From: Trichoplax adhaerens
Taxonomy: Eukaryota; Animalia; Placozoa
Assembly: GCF_000150275.1 (NCBI RefSeq)
Contig: NW_002060948.1
Location: 4,634,336 to 4,698,335, forward strand
DNA length: 64,000 nucleotides
Reading direction: 5' to 3'
In this document: positions 1 to 15,032 of the stretch, piece by piece
How the letters are laid out: the number at the start of each line of letters is the position of its first letter
Position numbering within the stretch: the first letter of the stretch is position 1
Translations under genes and position numbers: made by a program
Notes under the pieces: model-generated
Seen by the model: the letters and a program-made list of their open reading frames with translations, nothing else
Told to the model about the DNA's origin: nothing
Databases searched by the model: none

Positions 1-306
1 TTCTACTGCGGGCCATCATTAATCCAATATGGATACGACTACAGTACTTACGTAGACATTATTCACACCAGCCAAAGTACAATGAATTAACCATATCCTA
101 ATATATGATTTACAGCTCTATTTTTACCTATAGCCTTTTTAGTAACTCAGCAGCTTACTGTATATAGTCATCTGTACTCTAGCATAGAGTCTCTACCACT
201 ACAGTCTATAGTTATAGCTACCAAATATCTCTTAGGATAAATATCTACCGTACATTATATTGAACATGGCCAAACAGTCTACAATCACAATACTAGTTAC
301 ATTACA
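1..306 (-). mobile_element. Solo-LTR family A copy, 5' part, truncated by the window edge
   Basis: Reverse complement closely matches the first ~300 bp of the copy starting at 7588. On the minus strand it begins TGTAATGTAACTAGTATTGTG at 306, as does the 7588 copy. Confidence 0.85.
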
Positions 307-363
307 TTTGGGTAGTTTTGAAAATCCATTGGTAGCGATATTGTCAGAGTTTAAATAATAACT

Positions 364-400
364 ACTAGTGCAAACTCCCGTCGCTTTGCTGACGGTTTAT
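364..400 (-). mobile_element. Helitron-like 3' terminus (GC hairpin followed by CTAG|T)
   Basis: Minus strand reads TAAACCGTCAGCAAAGCGACGGGAGTTTGCACTAG|T. A near-identical motif lies at 34475-34510 (+) and a decayed one near 56714. Confidence 0.55.
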
Positions 401-1949
401 CACAGTACATCTACTTTAACATATTTCATACACTTCCTCTTATTGCAAGATATATGATTATAAGTTGGTGATTTCTTTCAAGAACAAAAATTTAAAATTT
501 AAAATCTTCAAATTAATTTCAATAAATGACAAATTAAGACTGAATTTAAAATATAAATGATTGTTAAACAATACATTACTGCAATTGGTGAACACAAGCA
601 GTAACACAATCTAAGAATGAAATTAGTAGATTAAACTATTAAAACAGCCTATGCAGTTAATTTAAAAAGAAAGCTTCACTTCATTATTTAATAATGAACG
701 GTGTACTATGTAACTTTACAAATGATGTTCTGTAGCAACAAACCATTATTTATTTTAGTATTATATTCAAATTTCTAGTTTGGTCTATTATAGTATTCTT
801 TATCCTAGAAAAGTCAGTCCAACTGTAGGTTTCTATGGTATCAATAGTAAACATGATGAACTATAAGGATTAAGAATTGCTTGACTTAATGTCAATTTAT
901 CATTAATTTTATTAGAAATACCTTCAAAACAAAGTATGAATGTATATTTTTGTTTCTATAACTAATTTTTGATTTTTGTTTCATCAAAATTAAAGCAAAT
1001 AAAAGTCGGTATATAAAGTAAAATCATTTACAATAATTATGATTGACAATAGTCATTAAATACGAACAGGTTAATTAGTTATTGGGGTATTTCTAGAGAT
1101 TTTGTGACATCACTAAGATCCACAGAAGCATGTAGTAAATGGTAACATTGTAATACACATATTTAATATTGTGAATACAAAATACTTTATGAATCCAGAG
1201 CAAGACTTCGTTAAACATTAATCTAATCATATCAAATTCTTAAAGCAGCTGTCAATTCCACTTATTTTAACTAGAGAAACCACTATAGTACATAATAATA
1301 TTCGTTCAACTTACACTGATGTTTTCATTTTATAGTAAGGTTATCATTATTTATACTTTAGCGTTAACAATATACAACTTGATACATTGCACATTTTCTG
1401 TCAATTTAAATCAGTCCTTTTCTTAAAAACAAAAGGAGAAGCTCTTAAATTATAAATGGAAGGAAAATTTGTCACGAATTTCATATATTATTAATTTCTT
1501 TATGATCATAGCAACATACAATATGATGTCGACGAAAGTTATGGTATGAAATAATAATGCTTTAAAAGATTGTTATGTCAACTTGAGAACTTAAAATGTT
1601 CCACTTTGACGTTTAAAGGTAGATAAATTTTCATGATAATTATCTAGAATTAGAAGTGACCCATACTACGCACATCTGCTCATACTATTAATGGTATAAA
1701 TAAAACTTTAGCGTTTATGTACACTATGAACTGTGATACAGCTGTCTAATTAACGATTTGCGATTGCGAAGGAATGATATTTGTATGCCTTTACGGTGGC
1801 TAATGACAGCTTTTAAATTTTTGTACTCAGGGTAAAAATTTTAGCTTATTCACTAAAAGGTCGCTAACTACGCAAGATATACTATTCTATGATTAATTTG
1901 ATGCTTATACAAATATATCATACAGCTATCTTTCATCTTTTAGGATAAA

Positions 1950-3536
1950 TTAATAATTATTAACGACTACAGCACCAGTACTACACGCGGATATAATTAA
2001 CGCTTGTGTAGCCATCTGACTAGGTCGGATATAACGGAGGCTATTGTGTGGACTTTGACCACCAGACTGATTTACCGTCGCTCGACGATTTCTCTGTATT
2101 GCCTTAACAAGATTGTCGCGGTACTTTCTGTGATTGAAAAAATAAATTAAAGGATTGGTAAAGGCGTTGATATTGCCAGAAATAGAAGTAACTATTCGTA
2201 TTATAACTGTTGGCGTTGAATTCTGTTCACCACCAATGATTCGTATAATTGCTGAAGGAAAATAGCTTATGAAAAACGTTCCTACTACTAGAGTACCAAT
2301 CTAGAATTAAATGAAATTTAGCATTAAACTTTCAAGCGTGCAATGACCATTCATATATGGGATCACTAATTCAACATTTTACGTTAATCGGCATGAAATA
2401 TAATTTACCAAAATATTCACCAATATGAAAAAAGGATGATAATTTATTTTTTGTATTACACTATTTTATACCAGATTTACCTTGGTAATATTTCTTTCGA
2501 GTACCCGATTATTGCCGTTTACATTCTGTAAATCTGTTTGAATTTTATTTTTAACACGAATAAATGAACCTATTGCCAATAATATAGCTACCGATAGCAA
2601 AAGCACATTCCATATAATCATCGGTAAGGATGTATAGGTAATTGCATCGGTAATCTTTGGATTGGCTTCCACTTCTTTTGACTGTAAGCATAAAATATTA
2701 CAAAGCAATTATGATTGAATATTCTTAATTGAAAGTTTCACAAACTGTGTCTTTTATAAGTTCAAATAATGCATAATTATATAATATTTATATGGAACGA
2801 TCCCCATCCTAATTTTTTTAACAAAAATTGGCCATTGTAATTATGTATCGAAGAGTAAAGATAATTTGAAACTAAAAATACTAACAATTGTATTTTTAAA
2901 TATCTCTAACATACTCATTTGCTGCATAAGTCAAGTGAAAATATTGGACTGAATTTACGCCTTTATCATTTATGCCATAGAATGATAATAGACTTATAGT
3001 TTCCAAGACTTTACCTTAATATTGAAACAAGAGAAATATCGAACGGAATAGCGAAATTTTGTCAGATTGATTACCGCAGCGATAATGGTAATAGACCATG
3101 TTCCGACCAACACCAAATGATAAACGCTTCGTCGTCTAGCAGGAGTTAATCGGCTACTTAATTGTCTTCGAGATATTGCAACCATCCTTTCTATACTCAG
3201 CATGCTTAAAATGACACAATTCATCGATGCAGCTGTAATAGAAACTGTTTGAGCAATACTACATGCAATTTGTCGAATGTTACCAGTTGCAACGATAGCT
3301 ACTGTTAATGACGGAATATTGGTAATACAACTTATTAAATCGATGAACGCCAGCTGATATAGTAGTACATCATAAGCAACTTCATTGCTAGCCCGCCGGC
3401 TTGGCTTAAGCAGCATTATAACTGTAATATTGCCAACTACGCCCAAAAACATGAAAACGCTTAAAAACATGGACGAAATTGACACTACAATATTAGATAA
3501 AGCAATATTATATAGATCGATAGCTGAATTGTTCAT
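1950..3536 (-). CDS. Orphan class A GPCR 1, 357 aa; exons 3536-3015, 2681-2481, 2300-1950
   Basis: Both introns are GT-AG, phase 0, with a continuous frame. Motifs: TM1 GN, TM2 LAFID, TM3 Cys and ERM (DRY site), ECL2 FSCF, TM6 FFISYFP, TM7 NPLIY, helix 8 HRKYR. Exon 3 is missing from the ORF track and was translated by hand (IGTLVVGTFFISYFP...VVVNNY*). Confidence 0.9.
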
Positions 3537-4189
3537 GGTAACTTTTTCAAGTCTATTATTTAATGATAGAGATTAATCAGTGCTGAGAGAATTCAAGATT
3601 TAAAAATTCAATTCTTTGTTGATTTTGTCGTCCAGTATATAAATTTTAAATACCAAAACCAACTTGAGTAACTATCTTCTTCGTACTTAAAATCGACGTT
3701 TGCGTACATTTACTAGGCCTCTAACTTGATAATATTGAAAAGGTCGATAAAGCTTAAGAATTATGCCCAAAAATATTTTTACCTGCCTTCAAATCACATA
3801 TATGCCTTTGTTCATAGAAGTAGAGAGATACTCTTTTTATGGAAGCATAAAAAATAGGGAGCTGTAAATTATTGTAAAGTTATATTATGATATAATGGTA
3901 ACTAAATAATATAATCATTATAAAACGATTTGAATAGGAGTAAGTCACAATATTTCTCTTCTATCAATTATTGTTTATTCTCTATATAATTTACTGCAAT
4001 CGTACTAAAAATATGTCAAGTATTCCAGCTAAAAGTGTAATATATATCTAGTCCCTAATGATAACTAAGATATTTTAAATCATCGTCTATTATGTAACTT
4101 ATTAAATTGCGAACAATACCAAAGAGAATAAAAATTATTGTACAATTATTTTGCAGTTAATTTTATCACAATTTTGAGAGAAAAATTAA

Positions 4190-6010
4190 TAATTTAGCAA
4201 TGGGTACAAGTGCAAACTTATAGTTACGAAGCCCAATGTCTTAGGCTCTTAATAATTAAAAATTTTACAGTATGTTTACGAATTATTAACATTGAAAAAT
4301 GTATAGCTAAGATACCGAAGTTTTGTTAAAGAAAAGGCTAAATAAGTTCTAAATTCTATTATAAAAGTGATGTACAGCTACATAAGGCAAATAATAAGAG
4401 CCATTCGCGATTTCTGCTACAAAAGGAAACAATTATAACAATTAAGGTAGAAAGAAAATTTTTACCCGTTTGACAGTATTTCGTAAGCAAATTTATGCAT
4501 AGGAATAAAACCTGTACTGTCATAGAAATAATGGAATTTACAAAAATTTAAAGGTAAGTCAGTCAACATATAATGACGAGTGACATATTCTAAATCGCAA
4601 AATCAATCTTATTCTATTCAAAAATTCTTCATTCAAATTTATCGTTACTTTAAAAGACAACAAAAACAGAAGGCCAAATAATGTCTCAATTTCTTAAATT
4701 CCAGATGATGCCGAAAAGGCTATGACTATGATACGATTAACGAAATTCTCAAATCAACGGTTACAATGTCATTGCAACAGATTAAATTAAAAGAGTGGTT
4801 TTCAATAGATAATAAAATCTTATTAACATTTAAGAATGAAGGAAAAATCGATGTAAATAATTATTATGGGTCGATCATAATGTGCATTTCAAATTGAGAT
4901 TATGTCCTTAATGGCCATCATTACATTGTGTTGTAGCAGATCATAATTTTAGAGCTGCTTTTTGTATTATGTATATTACTTTAGGTGGCATTAAGATCAA
5001 TCTCATCATTCCATTCTAGTTCTCTCTTTAAAGCACCTGACAAAATCGCTGTAGCGATTTCAAAGCTATAAGTCAGAAAGACTTCACTAACAAAGTCTGC
5101 ATTTTATTGCAGGCTCCCGCAACCGAAATACTTGTTCACATACCGCCATCAATTGTATTTATGATAAAAAATCATCTCCTAATTATTTTCACCATTATTA
5201 TGAAATTAGGCAACTCGAAAAAACGTATAAACAAATTCTTAGGCCATATTTTGGATTTAACATTGCAGCTATCTAAAACTATAACCGACATTAAGTATCA
5301 ATTATATTACTGAAAAAATGTTGAACAAAAAATACAGAATAAAATTCTGCTGTTATGAGAGTTACATCATTTCTAGAAAATGATTCAAGATCTCTAAATG
5401 TAGTGGTAATAGAGTAAGGTATATAACAGAGCTTATTGCTAAGTTTCGAATGATCTTCATTGAAGTGAATAAAAATCTATATATTAATTTTTCTAAATTT
5501 CTATTCCTTTGAAAGTAACCTCAAATATTGTATTTCTACTATATCGTTAGATTATTATTAATAAGGTTTGAAAAAATTTCTTATCAAGAGCTTCCTACTT
5601 AATTTCATGGTTCTAGAGACCAATTTGTATAAGACATAAAACATTTTGAATTTTTCCTAATTCTTTTGCAACACAAATATTCAGACTTTGCATAATCAAC
5701 GTTTCTATAGTTAATAATAATAAACCGTTTATTTAATAGTGGCAGTAATTTAATTTATCAATTTAAACAACAATGTAAAGTAACAAATCTGAATGGCAAA
5801 AAATGCACTTGGAAGCTAATGCCTGGTACTGGCTAATACATATTTATCATAGCAAAAAAGTAAACATTACAATCAGCTACATCAAGCTCTAAAAGAATGG
5901 TTCCACAGAAGTTTAAGTAAATATTATCAGTAATTACATTTTGCTTTCAGGTATCGCGAAAGTATTCTAATAGTCAAGAAATCCGGATATTCAGCTATAA
6001 AATTTACGGT
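4190..6010 (+). pseudogene. Possible decayed multi-exon gene, unidentified
   Basis: Exon-like segments with splice-like borders (AAG|GTAAGT near 4553; TTTCAG| 5951-6008 |GTAGGT). A protein-like stretch GYDYDTINEILKSTVTMSLQQIKLKEWFSIDNKILLTFKNEG lies near 4718-4850, and the surrounding frame has stops and frameshifts. Confidence 0.2.
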
Positions 6011-7587
6011 AGGTTGCTGTAACATATCATTTTTCACAGAATGTTATGATTATTACAGGATATCAGTTAATATTCTCTGTTGATCTTTCAAGTAATAAAT
6101 AGATAGTTTAAGATTAAATATTGCCGTTACTTGGTAAAAAATTATGTCGATTTATTTTAGTTATAATTATTTCAATTCTTTATATTTCAAAATAGCAAAG
6201 CATAGCGTGAAGTAGAATATTGGTTTAAGTTAAAATCATACATATATAGATGGATCTGGAACAGCCTCAGCACGTCTAGCGCCTAGTGATTTATTGTCAT
6301 AATGTCAACTCTGCCACAAGGTAAGGTACAATAAAAATCTAACAGTAGCGACTGAGTTAAACGCCCTTTTACTTAACGTTAAACACGCACAGCAAATTAC
6401 GGTAAAGATAAAACTTTTATTAGCAAAGATACATCCACAACTTTCATCACACACTACTCAACCCAAATATTCCCGTTTATATTGGAACCGCCTAATTTGT
6501 AAACAAGAACAGTATTATTATGCTTTATTAGGAGAAACAACTCGAACTGAGATGTCCTTTACATTGCCTTTCTATCAGTTAATATTTTGAATCTTTTACT
6601 AATAATTAATCTTAATCTAAGCACGTAGGTTGTCTAAATCAACTATCATCAACTAGAACTTGAATCATCTTACTAGCATCTATCACACAATAACAATCAA
6701 TATCAAATATGTAATAAACTATCACAAACAATATCCACGGTAAGGCATTACTTATCTTACCTAGCACTGCAAATATGGATATTTCCCATATTAGCTACTA
6801 CTGTACTTACTAAACTATCCTAACAGCAAGGCAATATCGTATCACTTATGCAAATGTCATTACTGTTAGGATCCATTCTGCATACTTTTACTTTGACATA
6901 AGGAGCAAATTTGCCGTTAAATCATCACTCAACTCTATTATCCTTATTATTTACATTGATAGCAATTATAGAAACTATTGAATACAGTTATGTATATGCT
7001 CAATAATATTATCAGCATATCGAGCTTAAGCAAACTGACAAAGATTTCTAGATCATTCTACTGGGAAGAGTTGAGTGATAGTTGTCAAGTCAATTTCTGC
7101 ATGATAATAGCTACCATATAGTTAGATATGACAGCATTTTTTAAAGATATTTCCAAGATCGTCAATAATAATGAAATTAAATCTTTAAGATATCATACTT
7201 TATGTCGATATTACGACAATATAATAATCATCATAAATTTTAAATGTAATCCAATAGGTCAAAACTAATTAATGATTCCTATAAATTTAATACAATAAAG
7301 GCATCATTTACCGTAATTAAACCAAAATTGAAAATTATCGTAATAACTTTATTTTGCGTAAGCATAAATTTAACAAAGATATATCACGCATACGAGTGCG
7401 AATAAGTAACAGCAATTTGCAGAAGTCGAGTCTTTGTATCAAAAATATTTTATATATAATAGTGTTCATTTATATCTGGATGAAGTAGAATAGTTTAATA
7501 ATAAATACTCCTTTCACCTCAATAAATAATATCGCTTGCAACAATAATTGTTAACGACGTAAATTAAGCTGAAACCCAATAACCGGG

Positions 7588-8136
7588 TGTAATGTAACTA
7601 GTATTGTGATTGTAGACTGTTAGCCATCTTTAGTATAATGTACGGTAGATATTTATCCTAAGAGATATTTGGTAGCTATAACTATAGACTGTAGTGGTAG
7701 AGACTCTATGCTAGAGTATAGATGACTATATACAGTAAGGTGGTGAGTTACTAATAAGGCTATAGGTAAAAATAGAACTGTAAATCATATATTAGGATAT
7801 GGTTAATTCATTGTACTTTGGCTGGTGTGAATAATGTCTACGTAAGTACTGTAGCCGTATCCATATTGGATTAATGATGGTCCGCAGCAGAATAGTGTTA
7901 CTAAGAATAATTTTACTATGTGTAATATAAGGTAAAAGGTTGCCATGCGGATTGTAGCTGCGAATACTACGGAAAGTATAAAAGCATGCAACTTTAGATT
8001 ATTCAGTTAGTTCGTTGTAGAAGTCTTTAGTAGTAGTGTTCGGCTAGAGTAGAGCTGTGTAGTTAATCTTTGTATAAGATTCAATAAAGCCCTTATTTTT
8101 CTAAAATTTGGAATCTCGTGATTGGTATATATCACA
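7588..8136 (+). mobile_element. Solo LTR, family A (549 bp), TSD CCGGG
   Basis: TGTAAT...ATCACA termini with exact CCGGG on both sides (7583-7587, 8137-8141). TATAAAA at 7977 and AATAAA at 8083. Multicopy within the window. Confidence 0.9.
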
Positions 8137-11100
8137 CCGGGACAGGATGGTACCAAAATGAATAACGGGCGTTATTTAATTAATATGACCTAGTATCCCA
8201 GTTTAGCTAATTAAATAAAATCTATATTAGTATACACTATACTCAAAAAAATAGCAAAATTGAAATGATAGTAAAACCAAGCACGAAAGGCGTATCCATT
8301 TGAAACGCAATCAGGTTTACAGTAATCAGATCAAGTAGATATTTATTTATCTCATTAAGACATTTTCTATAATCTTTACAAATCAATTCTCTTTCGGATA
8401 AATTATACTGTTATAGACAAATCTATTCAAATCGGAACTACATTAGACTATTTCTAGAGTATTTTGTAGCGTATTTTCTATACAGTAATTGCTGGACACT
8501 CACTTTGTTTCACACGCACTGAAATTATCTTAATTTAAAACAGCAATCAGATACCGTAATATTTCCACTCTCAATGAGACTGTCATTTAAAATTCAAGTA
8601 TTGTTCATTTAAATACTTACTATGCCAGCAAAATACTTTGATAACCAGCTGCATTAGCAAATCAGATCAGATCATGTTTCAAATACATTACTTCAATGTT
8701 TAGTAAAGACTACTGAGGACATTAAAATTTCCTTCGATTACCAAAATGCTGCCCCATAAAACTGTACAGTACTGACTATAATATAAATGATTCGCTGACA
8801 GAAAGTAACAAATCCCCCTAATTTATTTCTTTTATTATGCAATATGTCTTCACTCTACACTATAATTATCTTCACGTGCAAAAAGAATAGAGGATGAATA
8901 TATAATGCACCGGAAAAACTGCATGATAATAACGGAATGGACTTAAAAACACTAGCCTGATTAAAATAATGACCATTACTTTTCTAATCTTTCAAATAAA
9001 AGTTTCTTGACTTAAGATTCTAATGTCATTCTGGACTAATACAAAGATAGAGTAAACTACACCTAACGAATCTTCAAGCTATGAATTAGTTCCATATTTA
9101 CGGAATCCTACAAATAAAACCAGCAATAGCCTGTCACCATTAAGCTAACAGTAACTCATATTCACTTAAAAATTATTGAGATCGTTACCAAAGCGTTCCA
9201 TATCACTTTAGTATCAATAAATAGTGAGAAATAAATCTACCAGATATGATCTAAAATCTAAACGAGAGACCAAAAGATCTTTGATGTGTTGCTTGCAATA
9301 TAGTGTTTAAGAGAAACTTATTCGGCATAAACAATGAAATAATAGCACTTAGGATATAATAGCTATTGCAACATATACACATTTTTAATTGAAAGAAAAC
9401 TAAAAAGTGGCTATACGATATTGCTTTGATTTCTTCTCTAAAATTCAAATTAGGATTATATGAAGTTTAGTGCGGCACGTTCGATAAGATCAGAAACAAG
9501 TAAGTAGTCTTGCTGTCTTCTAATGAAGTACCGTATTAGTGCGTTACCTGGTGAAAGTTATATAATTACCCATGCATAAATGTATTAAAAGCAAATTTTG
9601 AGTTAACTGGATATGAGATAAAGTAAAGTTTCAAAAAAGATTTGATAAGACTTCTTTACTTATTAAAATGCGTACAGCTATATAAATTAATCTTTCTATA
9701 TCTAGTTGCTTGCATAATCTTTTATTCTTATCTACAAGTATAGGGTATTTGGAGTGTACAATACAAAATTATACATTCGAACTTAACCTTATGATAGCAA
9801 TGACAAAATTTTTGGTTGTAAAAATATGTATCATAACTTATACAGCGCTTACTTAAGAAATCTCTCGTTTTATGCCTGAAATATAACAGAATTAATTAAT
9901 GGAAGATATTAAAGCACAACCATCTAAATCTAAAATTTTGTATTTCTCTGTACGTTAAATATTTCCTAAATTTTTAGATATTTTTATCTTAATACAACTT
10001 ATAATCTGACTGCCATGGTCAACCAATTAGCTTACATGAACTTAGGTCATTATATTGCCGTTAAAAGATTTTACACCAAGTATTTGTTTAGCTATCAGTA
10101 GCTTCAGATAAGGGCGTATTTTTGAAGAAATTATTAGCTAGCATTTTATTTTGTAATAAATTTAACAAAAGTATATTAGAATATGAAATCTACGGTTATA
10201 GAGCTTTAAGTATGCCATTTCGCTAACACGTTTGATTACAGCATGTTTTGACTTTGTAACGTATTTATACTATTGCAGTAGTATTTCGGTTACAACAGCC
10301 TAAAAAATCATTTTCTATTCATTCGTTTATTTTATGTTAGCGAATAAAATAAATTTTTAAGAAAGTATTTGAATCTTGACAACCACGTGTAAGAAATGAT
10401 TCAAACTGTTTTATTTTAAATTAAATATAAACAAAATTTCCATTACACAGTTTTAGTAATCTTACTAATGTTAGTAACAAGACAATTTCATATAAAATTA
10501 AATATTTTATACGCTGAACAAAAAGGTCTAATTTATTTCTCCATACGATTACTTTGATCGTAAATTATTCGTTTAAAATATGTGATACAGCATCTTGTGA
10601 TCTTAAGGTTAATTTTGGCTAGCACCGGGATCGAAGATATCTAGAACACTGATTATGTGAAGGAAAGCACCAAAAATATCTAAGGTCTATCATTTTTAAT
10701 GTGGAATTTAATATCTTTCAACTAAGTAATAGCTAGTTAATTAACCTGATTCATATTTTACTTCTTTATAGCCACTAATCAAGACTTTAATAAACTAAAA
10801 TAGCCAAGGTATATAACAGTAATAACGTAATCAATAACAATTTAGATGTAAATCTATCTTGGCATTCGATTAATTTAAGATTCACTTGCAAAATTGCAAT
10901 AAATTCATCCTGATAACAGCATAGCTTTTAATGCCGTCAATACTTGAACTATTATCGTTTTCAGCAACTTAGAATGTTTTACTGTTAAAAGTGTCCTTAC
11001 GTACCATAACTTTTCATCCGCCCATCAGATCTCAAAATCTCTCTAGTAAATGTAAACGTTGACTTCAATATTGCTATGATAAGTAAGAAGTATTCTATAA

Positions 11101-13276
11101 AGATTTTAATCATTTGTTATAGCATGATGAGGGGCATATTTATAACCAAATAGCATTTTTACAATTCGCTTCTCTTTAAAACAACAGTTTTTGAAATTTA
11201 TCTTTTTTATAACAAATTATGTTAATGTATTCAAAATCTGAAAACATCAATAATTCATGATTTTATGGTTGATTATCGCATCCGTCTGACTCATGACGAT
11301 TTAGAAAAGTCATTTAGAAAGATTTTATAACTTTATATCAAAACGGTCCAATGCGACTTACAAGTAGTCTGAAAGTTTATATGTTATTCGACGAAATGAT
11401 TTTACTTGCATGCAAGAATATCATGCTTTTCAGATCATAATTGCCCCCAAAAATTGACAGTTTTCAATAAATTTTAATGGTAAGAAATTTCGACTCGCTT
11501 AACGTGTTAGTTCTTAATCCATCGCCATTTTAAGTCTTAGTGCTACGGTATTAAACCCTACATACCTGTAATTAATGCCCTACTTTCATCTAGTTTTAAT
11601 AGTCAACAATATCGCTTGCCGAAAATTAGCTATTATTAATTCGTAGCTCATTAATTTTATGTATACCACCTTATAACAGACTATTTTCCTGACAAAGGAT
11701 CAAGCAAAGTATTTTGCTCTTCTAATTTACTACCGTTAGAAACTATCCTAGTTTCGGCCTGGAATTACTATTCTAGACTGAAGTCACCCAGGCAATCTTT
11801 ACAACATCAAGCTACTTTAAATTTAATCCAACTAATTCGACCAAAGATATTTTACTGGTGAAAACTATAAAATAGCAACTACAAGTCAATAACAAAAGTA
11901 TGATCAGCCTAACCTATACAAGTAAAAATCTACTACATGACAATTGTGTAATTTATACCACTATTCACGGTGTATTTGCTCTTTGACACATCTGTCATAT
12001 TGTCTCTTACGGACAGTTGGCATATTGTTTATCTAAATTTTATATGATTACAATTTTTTGTGTACAGTGAGCAGCCGAGCGAAAACATATAATAGACGTC
12101 TCTATATTATGATTTATTTTTAGTAAGATTTCTTATAACACTGTTCGAAGATATCACTAGAGCTTGAGCGCTGAACTGGATGTTATCGTAGATATTAGAA
12201 ACGTTGTAAGTAAGAAACCACTTTAATTTTATTGCTGTAACAGTAAACCATAAATATTAATAGGCATCTTATCACATCAATCGATTAAATAATTAAGTTT
12301 ATAAAGAATTGTAAGAGATAAGAAAGCATTGTCTTAACAGTATTATCTAAGCCCTAATCTCATAGATTACAGTTCCGAAATGAAAAACTTGTCTGCAATT
12401 GAGGTATCAAATAACAGACTTTATGAATTATAATTATGAGTTCAACATAGCAAATTAATTGCGAAATTTCCACTTCATATCACGCAATAATTATTCTATT
12501 GTTCATTTATTGTTTGTTTCTCAGCATTGTGCTGCGTACATCCCAGAATTGGATTTCAAGACTAACTAGTGAGATCCTCTAATAAGGCAGTTCAACACTA
12601 TACCTTTGCAAATGTTATTTAGTTAGTTAAAAACTTGTGGCTAAATTACATTAATAATTACCGTAGACTTTTTAAGTTAGATTCGACTGTATCCGATTTA
12701 CAATAGGCATTGCGAAGCTACTTCTGTAATTCATTGAAATTATTACATTCTTATTACAAGTTGTTAAAACATCTTGAACAGATTCTAAAGCTATTAATTT
12801 ACCTGTCGTTGATTATAATTACCGAGTGTAGTGCAAATCTAAATTTGGCAAAGATGAAGATTGTAAGATTGAGTTAAACTATTCTCGTATAGCCTTAGAA
12901 TCTTAATCTTGACAATATTTGGGGTTGCACCATACCGAGCAAGCGATCATTCCAATCTATTAATCAGTTTAGAAATCACTGCAATGCATAGAAAGAAAGA
13001 GTCTGGGCAAAGACATCTGGATTATTTAACAAATGAAATAAAAATAGTCCTTGACAATAAGGTAAAGAAACATTGATTCGACTTTAACTGATGGTGCAAC
13101 CAGCAAACTCGCACTGATAATTCAATTGAAATATTTACTTTTGAGTGCAATAAATTCTTATACTTTAAATCAGATTATTAAGCATTGATATTACTTTAAT
13201 TTTACTGCATCTTTTAAACGTTATCAATATTGAGCCGGTGATGTAAATTAATTAATATACGATAATAGTCTAGCAT

Positions 13277-15002
13277 CTACTTCGGAGCTGTTAAGTTTGG
13301 CAGGACAGTAATAGCACTGACAGTGTTACGAACTACCATACGTTTAATATTAGCATTATCATCATTATATGTACCAAATGAATCATTATATCTCCTTATT
13401 AGAGTTTGTAGAATTTGCTGACGATATTTTTTGTGATTAAAAAGATATATTAATGGGTTAGCAAAAGCGCTAATACTTGCAGTAGTTGCAGCAATTATTC
13501 GCGTGACAGTAATATATAATCGATTATTTTCATCGCCAAGCAAACCTATACCAATAGCAAGAGACGGAATATAGCTAATAAAGAATGTTCCTATGACCAT
13601 AGTGCCATTCTAGTCAAGATAATAAGGAAGAAATTATGAAGAAAGACCATTGGTTTATAAAAAAATAGCATCTAAAACATTATTTATAGCTAACTTCTGC
13701 TTAGTACTAATAAATAAATTTTTCTAATATTCCGATTTATATTACTTATCAAAAATTCATATGTAAATTATTAAATATATGGTGCTTACTCTTAAAATGC
13801 TCCTGTGGAGAGATTTATTGGATCCAGTAGTAAAGGCAGTTGCACGAGAACTAACTTTGTTCCTTACAACAAAATATGAAGATATAGCCAAAATCGCTGC
13901 TAAAAATACTAGGAAAGCATTCCATGTAACCATTGGAACAGTTATTAGATTAATTATTCGCATAGAATTTGACTCAAACCCTGCATTGGCCTACAGTTAA
14001 AAATATTTGGTAATCTTATATTTAGCTAGGGGTGCAGTAATAGTGGTTGTAAAGGTTAAAAGTGCGATAAAAAATTAAATAGTTTATGCACAGCCAAATA
14101 TTAATTATATTATTTATACAAATGGTTGTAATTTATCATTTTATAATCACTTTTGCTAGTTAAATGTGAATCTAAAAAGTTTTTAATTATAATATCTAGT
14201 ATATAGTGATTTTAGCATTAAAGAAACTTTGAAATTATTCTATTTTTTAAATCTGATGTTAAAAAAATCTAATGTAAAATAAAGTCATTGCAGCTTAGCG
14301 TGTATATAGATAACCCTATGAAGTCGGTAAATAGGGCAATTTTTACTTCTTAATATCGGATTAATTTAGAACTAAAAATGATTATAAATCTATAACTAGA
14401 TTATTTTTAAGTCATAATGAGTAATTGCAATTCAAGCTCTCTAAGTTTAACTTTAAAATATCCATTTAAACTTTACTAGTTACCTGAATTCCGAAGCAGC
14501 TAAAGTTCAGTGGTATAAACTGATATTTAAGAAAGTTAGGGAACATAAAGCACACCGTCACAATAGAAATAAAAAGTGATGCTATATTGTAATATTTTTT
14601 CCTTCTTCTTGGCAATAATTTACGGATAATCTGCCTTTGAGATACAGCGACAACCCTTTCAGTACTTAGCATGCATAAGAAACCACAATTCAAGGATGCA
14701 GATGATGTTGCCAACATTTGGGTTAAGATGCACGCGTATTGTCGAAAATGACTCGTTGCCACGATAGTAATTATCAATGACGGCATATAACAGCAGCATG
14801 TTATTAAATCAGTAATAGCTAGATAGTAGAGTAATAAGTTGTAAACAGATTCATTAGAAATACTGTAGCATTTCGGTTTTAATAGTTTAATAACGGTGAT
14901 GTTGCCAGCTATACCCAGAAACATGAATAAGCAAAGTACCATGGATACAAGAGATACCAAAACGTTGGGCAATGGCAGGTAATATAAACTAGTAGAATTC
15001 AT
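13277..15002 (-). CDS. Orphan class A GPCR 2, 350 aa; exons 15002-14484, 13990-13790, 13609-13277
   Basis: GT-AG phase-0 introns at the same positions as GPCR 1. Motifs: GN, LAITD, ERV, FSCF, FFISYIP, NPLIY, HKKYR. Confidence 0.9.
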
Positions 15003-15006
15003 TTTA

Positions 15007-15032
15007 CAACTTTGTAATGCAACTTTGTAATG
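15007..15032. repeat. 13-bp tandem duplication (CAACTTTGTAATG x2) immediately upstream of the GPCR 2 ATG
   Basis: Read directly from the sequence. Confidence 0.8.

Noticed and set aside
6295-6900. Possible additional minus-strand solo LTR
   Set aside because: TATA- and AATAAA-like signals are present, but I found no convincing termini-plus-TSD pair.
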